A stretch of DNA of 32,000 bases, from contig JASBSB010000007.1 in assembly GCA_030149205.1 (NCBI GenBank), positions 270,001-302,000 of the forward strand, in the 5' to 3' direction. This DNA is from Candidatus Heimdallarchaeota archaeon. Lineage in GTDB: Archaea > Asgardarchaeota > Heimdallarchaeia > Heimdallarchaeales > Kariarchaeaceae. Of this stretch, positions 26,076-32,000 are shown in pieces (position 1 is the first letter of the stretch; every line of letters begins with the position of its first letter). The notes beneath the pieces were generated by a model that saw nothing but the letters and a program-made list of their open reading frames with translations, did no database searches and was not told the DNA's origin. The translations under genes and the position numbers were made by a program.

Positions 26076-26471
26076 ATGTCTGAATATATCCAAAAAAATG
26101 CAAAGAACATTATCTTTGATATTAACGAAAGCAAAGAAAACAGGATACAAGCAAGTTTTGCTTTGATGAACGATGGGAGTGAAGAAGCTGTCCACCTCTT
26201 GGTAAATGCACTGTTTACAGAACCCAGTCCTATTGTAAGACATGAAATTGCATTCTCATTGGGTGAAACAGCCTCACCACAGGCTGTCCCCAATCTGATA
26301 AAGGCAATGGAGGAAGACGAAAATATTTTTGTTATCCATGAAGCAGCGTTAGCCCTTGCCACGCTAGGCGATAAACGTGCTGAAGAACCAATTAGAAAAC
26401 TCCTAACACACCCAAACCCTGATGTGGCTGAAAGTGCAGAGATTGCATTGCAACGCTTATTATCCTCATAA
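26076..26471 (+). CDS. HEAT-repeat protein with two His-Glu motifs; half-length deoxyhypusine hydroxylase-like
   Basis: 131 aa. 'VRHEIAFSLG' (H56-E57), 'VIHEAALAL' (H88-E89) and terminal 'VAESAEIALQRL' are collinear with one half of eukaryotic DOHH as I recall it. Confidence 0.8.
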   Translation: MSEYIQKNAKNIIFDINESKENRIQASFALMNDGSEEAVHLLVNALFTEPSPIVRHEIAFSLGETASPQAVPNLIKAMEEDENIFVIHEAALALATLGDKRAEEPIRKLLTHPNPDVAESAEIALQRLLSS

Positions 26472-26593
26472 TATTATGGAATACATTGCTTGAAATTATT
26501 AACGGATTAGCTCTTAAACAAGAGTGAGTTTCACAATTTGATCTAATTTAAACTTCCTACAGCAGTATTTTCTTAAAAACTATCGTCTGCTCT

Positions 26594-27259
26594 TCATAAC
26601 TGTAGAATATGTCCCATCCCATTCTTTTTTACCTCTAAATAATCCTTGTTGAATCTGTTGATCCCAACCTCAAGTGGGATTCGATCCACGACTTCAATAT
26701 TATTTTTCTTCATTGCCTCAATCTTTTTGGGGTTGTTGGTCAACAGTTTTATCTTTCTAATGTTGAACAGTTTTAACATCTCTGCGGCGATTGTGTAGTC
26801 CCGCTGATCAACTCCATAACCCAGTTTCAAATTAGCTGAGATTGTGTCTTCCCCCAAATCTTGAAGCTGATATGCCTTAATTTTCTCTCTTAACCCAATT
26901 CCTCTCCCCTCCTGCCTAAGATATAAGACCATCCCACCATGAATTGAAATGTACTCTAAAGAAGATTCCAACTGGGCTCTACAATCACACCGAAAGCTCC
27001 CCAACACGTCACCAGTTAAACACTCTGAGTGAATTCTAACAGTCACAGGCTCTTTTAACTCGCCAGCTGTTATGGCAACATGGTCTTTCCCATCAAAAGT
27101 CTCCTCAAAACTGTAGATGGTAAAGTCTCCAAACCTCGATGGTAAATGTGCACTGGCATATGTGCTGATGTGTGGGTTCACTTTAACCCCTGTATCTTTG
27201 GTCTGATTTTTGGTCTCTGAGGTGTCCTTGGGTGTGTCCATCAATATAATTTGTCTCAT
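26594..27259 (-). CDS. ribA: GTP cyclohydrolase II
   Basis: 'RIHSECLTGDVLGSFRCDCRAQL' (Zn Cys), 'YLRQEGRGIGL', 'KIKAYQLQD', 'DQRDY', 'LLTNNPKK', 'YLEVKKNGMGH'. Confidence 0.97.
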   Translation of the reverse strand: MRQIILMDTPKDTSETKNQTKDTGVKVNPHISTYASAHLPSRFGDFTIYSFEETFDGKDHVAITAGELKEPVTVRIHSECLTGDVLGSFRCDCRAQLESSLEYISIHGGMVLYLRQEGRGIGLREKIKAYQLQDLGEDTISANLKLGYGVDQRDYTIAAEMLKLFNIRKIKLLTNNPKKIEAMKKNNIEVVDRIPLEVGINRFNKDYLEVKKNGMGHILQL

Positions 27260-27342
27260 TCAGTTTTAATAACTTGCTTTTAATACAATTATCAAAATGA
27301 CACACAAATAAAGAATTAAATTTTCACAATTATTATTAAATT

Positions 27343-28071
27343 ATGGTTCAACAATCCGTCTATACTGAGGATGAAATCATCGACCTGATTAATAGCGATG
27401 ATATGGAAGACAACACCATAGGAGCGAGAAATCTATGGACTTTCTGGGAACAGTGGGAGAACAAAGAAAAACTGATATCTACTGGTGACAGGTTATTCAA
27501 GCTACTTGATGAGCTAAAAGATGAAACCAAAACAACAGCAAACATCAACATGAGACCAATATGGCATTACCTTCTTGCATTGGGATCTATTCAGTATATG
27601 CCTGCTATCCCACTCATTAAATCATTGCTTCTAAATAATGAGGTCGTCGAGAATGTGCGCGGGTTTGCAGCTGAGACACTCACCAGGTATCCTCCTGGGG
27701 TGGTAGATGATGAACTAGAAGAGTCCCTTTGGACACTCGCTCAAAAAGACCCCTCGCTTCCAGTACGTGTTAACTCGTTCAGAGCATTAGGTCATAGATA
27801 TGCAGAAACAAAAGACGCTGAGGTGGCAAAAAAACTCTGGAAAGCCATGAAAAAACAACAAAATTCAGCAATTAAATCCACAATTATTGCAATGATTGGT
27901 CAGGTAGGAAGTAAGGTCGTAGTACCAGATCTCATTCATATGCTCATAACAAGAAGAACAGGTGCGATGAAAAATGATGCTGGGCTTGCACTTGATATGA
28001 TTGCAAAGATCAATGGAATGGACAATAGAGATGATCTTATTAAATCAATGGCAGATATAGAGATGGAGTAA
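27343..28071 (+). CDS. HEAT (PBS-lyase-like) repeat protein
   Basis: Repeats such as 'ENVRGFAAETL', 'LPVRVNSFRALG', 'AIKSTIIAMIGQVG' and 'AMKNDAGLAL'. No His-Glu motifs. Confidence 0.8.
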   Translation: MVQQSVYTEDEIIDLINSDDMEDNTIGARNLWTFWEQWENKEKLISTGDRLFKLLDELKDETKTTANINMRPIWHYLLALGSIQYMPAIPLIKSLLLNNEVVENVRGFAAETLTRYPPGVVDDELEESLWTLAQKDPSLPVRVNSFRALGHRYAETKDAEVAKKLWKAMKKQQNSAIKSTIIAMIGQVGSKVVVPDLIHMLITRRTGAMKNDAGLALDMIAKINGMDNRDDLIKSMADIEME

Positions 28072-28133
28072 TCTCTGTAAGTAGACTAGCTAAAAGAAAA
28101 TATAATGAAAACTGGAACAAAATCGAGGAAATA

Positions 28134-28451
28134 CTAATAGGTGTTTTCTTTGTGGTTTTTGTAGCCGTTTATCATAACGACTCCAACAAATGCAAATACA
28201 AGCATCAGGAGCAAGTTTATATATACTCCCATTGACTCCTGTGTTGAATTATCCAATAAAAAGGTTCTCCAAAAGATAAATGGGCTGTATCCCATGAAAA
28301 AGGTCTCATAAAAGGTTACACCTAAACTATCACTTGTGATCATTGTAACAAGAAAGGGAATGGCACCAAATAAAATACCAAAAATATACCATTTCGTCCA
28401 CTTGTTGTCCAATGGAAGTCCAATTTTACTCATGAATGACATTGTAATCAA
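28134..28451 (-). CDS. Small hypothetical membrane protein (2-3 TM)
   Basis: 105-aa ORF with hydrophobic segments flanking a short loop. Confidence 0.65.
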   Translation of the reverse strand: MITMSFMSKIGLPLDNKWTKWYIFGILFGAIPFLVTMITSDSLGVTFYETFFMGYSPFIFWRTFLLDNSTQESMGVYINLLLMLVFAFVGVVMINGYKNHKENTY

Positions 28452-28508
28452 CCATACAACATTTTTGGTATTTATTACTTCATCGGTTGAACAATGGAAA
28501 TAAATTTA

Positions 28509-28682
28509 CTATTGTCCTGGTCTGTTCAATAACATCAAAAGCCCTATACTGGCAATAAGAAGTCCAATTGGTGTGCTGTTACGGATCAACCATGCCATTA
28601 ACCCCTTCTGCTTCTTTATCTCCTCTTTATCTGGCTTTGGTGTTTTCTTCTTGGCACCAGCACCGACACTCTCAATCTCCAT
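28509..28682 (-). CDS. 57-aa single-pass small protein, not in the supplied ORF track
   Basis: Translated by hand: MEIESVGAGAKKKTPKPDKEEIKKQKGLMAWLIRNSTPIGLLIASIGLLMLLNRPGQ*. Co-oriented with both neighbours. Lys-rich N-terminus plus a C-terminal TM helix. Confidence 0.65.
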   Translation of the reverse strand: MEIESVGAGAKKKTPKPDKEEIKKQKGLMAWLIRNSTPIGLLIASIGLLMLLNRPGQ

Positions 28683-28787
28683 GGATACACAAGCTATTAA
28701 ACAACTTAAAACATTTAGATATTGTTACATCATATTCATATTTTCTCAAAGATATTCTTCAATGAATTTACATTCACATCAGAGCGT

Positions 28788-29477
28788 TTAATTGTTTAAA
28801 TCTAATGCCTTTTGCTTTGGAATGGGTTTAGCTGGTTTTTCAACCCCCCTTGTGATTAAATATACCTTGCCTCTCTTACCAACTATGTAACCCTCCTCAT
28901 CCTTCTCAAATGTGTCGTGTTGAAACTTTCCCACTGCCATGATGTTAGTCTCCCGACCATCTCTCTTGATGACCTTAACCAATCCTGCCTTCTCTGGGGT
29001 GACTTTAAACATGACAATCCCTGTATCACCATCCTCAATCATCTTAACTGGAGTGTAACTCTCCTTTGCTAAGAATCCGATAATTCTGTCATAAAGAGCT
29101 GCCACAAAAAATCCAAAAACCACTGCAATTATAATGATACTATCATCTAATGCATTCATGAAAAGCATTCCAAACTGTCCGAACACAAAGAGAAATGCGG
29201 CAATACTACCCATCTTAAACCTGGGTTCATAATCACTCTGAGGAAGGTCAGTGGTCGTGCTGTGGGAAGTTATATTCTCAAGATTGTGTGAGAGACCCTC
29301 AATCAACCCATGATCCAAATGCCCACCAACATTTAAGTGATGCATGCCTCCAAACCCAAAGTCTTTCATCCCAAAAACTATCACAAGCGCTAGATATAGT
29401 AACCCCAAGAAAAAACTGGTCAAAAAGAGAATCGCCCAGACTTGGGAAGTAAACAGACTAACAATGTATTGACTCAA
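28788..29477 (-). CDS. NfeD-like (YqiJ/YuaF-type) membrane protein with C-terminal OB-fold
   Basis: N-terminal TM, His/Gly-rich loop, two more TMs, then 'GDTGIVMFKVTPEKAGLVKV...FEKDEEGYIVGKRGKVYLI'. Lies next to an SPFH gene. Confidence 0.8.
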   Translation of the reverse strand: MSQYIVSLFTSQVWAILFLTSFFLGLLYLALVIVFGMKDFGFGGMHHLNVGGHLDHGLIEGLSHNLENITSHSTTTDLPQSDYEPRFKMGSIAAFLFVFGQFGMLFMNALDDSIIIIAVVFGFFVAALYDRIIGFLAKESYTPVKMIEDGDTGIVMFKVTPEKAGLVKVIKRDGRETNIMAVGKFQHDTFEKDEEGYIVGKRGKVYLITRGVEKPAKPIPKQKALDLNN

Positions 29478-29829
29478 GAAGAACCACCGTATTAATCCAT
29501 AATTTGTAGTATGTGATTAATATCTCTTCGTATCTTACGAAGGAAAAAAGTTGAATTTTTTACTCTCGCTACTTATTAATCCAATTTGTCTCAATAAATT
29601 TTTATCGCTTCAATTTTGATGCAAATCCACAGGCCATGGCAGACATGGCTTGAAAGTGATCTTAAATGCGTTTTAACAATCAACAGCCAATAACTATAAA
29701 CAAGGATTTATATATATCAAACCACCGTTGTGGGAAAATACGAAAATTAGAAGCTCAAAAGTCTGTATGGTGATGCATATATTTAAATTTGTGATGCTTC
29801 CTATTTAACCTACGTAGAGTTGAAATACT

Positions 29830-31518
29830 ATGGTCGATGTAGTTACTATTAGTCTATCAATCGCGGGAACCATCTTGTTGCTCCTAATGTCAATCGTGGC
29901 AATATTTAAACTGAGATACAAGATCTATACAAACCGTGATTTCGTGCTCTTCTTCAGAAGAGGAAAACTGCTAAGACAAGGTTATGGTGGAGCATACTTT
30001 GTCTGGCCAATACTTGATGAGATAATCGTCCTGAGCACAACCATTCAAACACTTGAGATACAGGCTGAACAGGTCATCACCAGTGAAAATCAGGATGTGA
30101 GAATAACCGGATTTGTCGTCTGGAGAATTGAAGATCCAGTAAAGGCTTATCAGTCAATTAAGAGCTCCCAGAATCTGGAGGTAATGACAGAGATAAATGT
30201 CACCCTCTCAAAACTAGTAGAGGCAATAATAAGAACAACTGTTGCACGCCTCTCCCTGGACCAGATACTCAGAGAAAGAACCCTCATTCTTGAAGCAATC
30301 ATGGGTGAGCTACTCCCCGTCGTAGAACCACTTGGGCTTGTGATTAACACCTCAGAAATACGACACGTTGATGTTGTTGATAACAAGCTGTTCTTTGACC
30401 TGCAAGAGACCTACAGGCAAGAAGCAAGGCTTGTCGCAGAAAAAGTAAAAATTGATACTGAAAGGGAAATTGAGAAAAGTCAAGCAAAGTCAACCCAAGA
30501 CGTCAGAATTTTTACTGCTGAACAAGTTGAAGCCGCAAGCCTCAGGGAAATTGCCAGAGATAAGGCAATCGTTGAAGGTGAACAGCAAAAAGAGGTCAGT
30601 CAGAAGAAAAAAGAAGGTGCTGTCCTGATCCAAGACCTGGAAAACAAAGTCCTTGGATCCAAGAAGGATAAGGAAAAGCTCCAAGTTGAGGCCGAAACTA
30701 ACCTTATGCAAATTGAGATTCAAGCAGAGGCAAAGAAAAAGAGGCTCATCCTTGAAGAAATACAAGTCGAGGCTGAAAAGAGAAAGCTATTGGCTGAAGC
30801 AGAGGCTGAAGCAATAAAGATGAAAGCAGAGGCAGACAAAGAGTCAAAGGAACTTGCTGCTGAGGCAGAAGCAATGCGTATCACAAAAATTGCAGAAGCG
30901 ACCAAGAAATCATTGCTGGCTGAAGCAGAAGGTAAAAAGGCTGTTCTGCTGGCAGAGGCAGAGGGTCTCAGGGAAAAAGTCAAAGCCCAAGGATATGTCA
31001 ACGAGGCAATGATAATGCAAGAACTCATTCAACAATTGCCAAGCATAGCCTCATCTATCAAAGTTGGTGAAGTCAACTGGCTAAACATGGGTGGAAAAGG
31101 TAACAACGGTGAAAGCCCACTGGGGATAATCCCCAAGAATATGTTAGAGATCATGGCACTCTCAAAAACCTTCGGACTTGATATCGAGAACCTCCTTTCA
31201 AAGATCCGAGGTAAACCTATTCAGGGAACAAATGACTCCCAACAAGTACTTGTTCAACAAGTCCCTGAAGGAGAAAGTCCTGCACCATTGACCAACACCC
31301 TAAAACCAGTCTTTGATGATGATGGAAAGGTTGTGGCTGTGACACTGGGTGATGATGACCACCGATTCGATGTTCCTGAGGGCATAAATGTCCTGGTAAA
31401 TGACCAAGGTGAGATCAAGGGAGTTGACATCAATGATGACGGTATCCCTGAGATTGAGGATTTATCTCAGATCGTCGCTATGCTTCAACAACCTGCTGCT
31501 CAAACTACTGTACTTTAA
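29830..31518 (+). CDS. SPFH/flotillin-family protein
   Basis: N-terminal TM and SPFH domain ('VITSENQDV', 'LSLDQILRER', 'GLVINTSEIRHV'). Ala/Glu 'AEAEA' flotillin coiled coil and an acidic C-terminal tail. Confidence 0.93.
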   Translation: MVDVVTISLSIAGTILLLLMSIVAIFKLRYKIYTNRDFVLFFRRGKLLRQGYGGAYFVWPILDEIIVLSTTIQTLEIQAEQVITSENQDVRITGFVVWRIEDPVKAYQSIKSSQNLEVMTEINVTLSKLVEAIIRTTVARLSLDQILRERTLILEAIMGELLPVVEPLGLVINTSEIRHVDVVDNKLFFDLQETYRQEARLVAEKVKIDTEREIEKSQAKSTQDVRIFTAEQVEAASLREIARDKAIVEGEQQKEVSQKKKEGAVLIQDLENKVLGSKKDKEKLQVEAETNLMQIEIQAEAKKKRLILEEIQVEAEKRKLLAEAEAEAIKMKAEADKESKELAAEAEAMRITKIAEATKKSLLAEAEGKKAVLLAEAEGLREKVKAQGYVNEAMIMQELIQQLPSIASSIKVGEVNWLNMGGKGNNGESPLGIIPKNMLEIMALSKTFGLDIENLLSKIRGKPIQGTNDSQQVLVQQVPEGESPAPLTNTLKPVFDDDGKVVAVTLGDDDHRFDVPEGINVLVNDQGEIKGVDINDDGIPEIEDLSQIVAMLQQPAAQTTVL

Positions 31519-31563
31519 GGTTAACAACCCTCCATATTAATCCCCAATTAAATGAAAGTTAAA

Positions 31564-31638
31564 TGTAAAATCAGTTACACAATTAAATAAAAATTACTTG
31601 TAAAATCAGTTGAAAAACCGAAGGTAAAGTCAGCTACA
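31564..31638. repeat. Three copies of a GTAAARTCAGYT motif
   Basis: TGTAAAATCAGTTACA (31564), TGTAAAATCAGTTGAA (31599) and GGTAAAGTCAGCTACA (31623). The first copy is the palindrome TGTAA-N6-TTACA. Confidence 0.55.
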
Positions 31639-32000
31639 ACAAAATCAAGATTAACTTAACAAATTGATATGAGTAAGAGTATTCTAAATTAAATATGGAT
31701 GGGTCTGAAAAATAATCATTTTGCTAATGTTGTATGTTCATAATCTATTGAAAAGGTGATTAATGTTTTACCTTGGTTATAATTAAGCTTTCAGTTTTTG
31801 AAGAATGGAAGCAAACTTGGATAATTACCTCATAATTCCTCTACAGGGCAACAGCACCCTTATCAATAAATTGAATTTGGAATACTAAAAAACTATTCAA
31901 ACATATCTATCCATCTAGATCTGAGGGAATCAACTTGTACAACTTCTCAAGCATCCAAATCCTTATATGAAATTCACACTTCTCAAATCTTATGGCACTT

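Noticed and set aside
28568-28791. Plus-strand 65-aa and 72-aa ORFs in the track
   Set aside because: They are antisense shadows of the more protein-like 57-aa minus-strand ORF.
29633-29649. GCCATG-N5-CATGGC hairpin in the nfeD/flotillin intergenic region
   Set aside because: A 6-bp stem is too short to support a call.
29765-29815. GGTGATG ... GATGCTTCCTA resembling fluoride (crcB) riboswitch ends upstream of the flotillin gene
   Set aside because: The P1 3' strand and the central conserved nucleotides are missing.
457-31028. Numerous 60-150 aa ORFs antisense or out of frame within long genes (e.g. 1180-1641, 14013-14471, 24576-24908, 26027-26362, 30720-31028)
   Set aside because: They are fully nested in well-supported genes and have the Ser/Phe/Leu-rich composition typical of antisense shadows.
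31907-31999. 30-codon open frame on the minus strand running off the window edge
   Set aside because: Too short and featureless to call as a gene end.
1-32000. CRISPR arrays, IS elements, integrases, rRNA or tRNA genes
   Set aside because: No regularly spaced repeats, transposase or recombinase motifs, or structured GC-rich RNA-gene segments were seen.

Overview
AT-rich, gene-dense archaeal window, most likely Asgard/Heimdallarchaeia-like. This is inferred from an unsplit RNA polymerase B subunit, a GTPBP1/2-type GTPase, an MglA-like small GTPase and PCI/TPR/HEAT proteins. It holds about 26 CDS. These include tatC followed by a DOMON-heme/4Fe-4S/NrfD redox module, an APC-USP permease, a Sel1/TPR-coiled-coil/GTPase cluster, a stand-alone rpoB, a bactofilin-like protein and an ABC exporter. 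It also carries a HAD phosphatase, glpK, a COG2433-like/RIO kinase fusion, a GTPBP2-like GTPase, a half-length DOHH-like HEAT protein, ribA and a divergent NfeD/flotillin pair. No rRNA, tRNA, CRISPR array or mobile element was recognised. The strongest leads are a translation-related trio (RIO fusion, GTPBP2-like GTPase, single-module deoxyhypusine-hydroxylase-like protein) and the Tat-linked redox module, which has no catalytic molybdoenzyme in the cluster. All family assignments come from motif recognition by eye; no searches were run.
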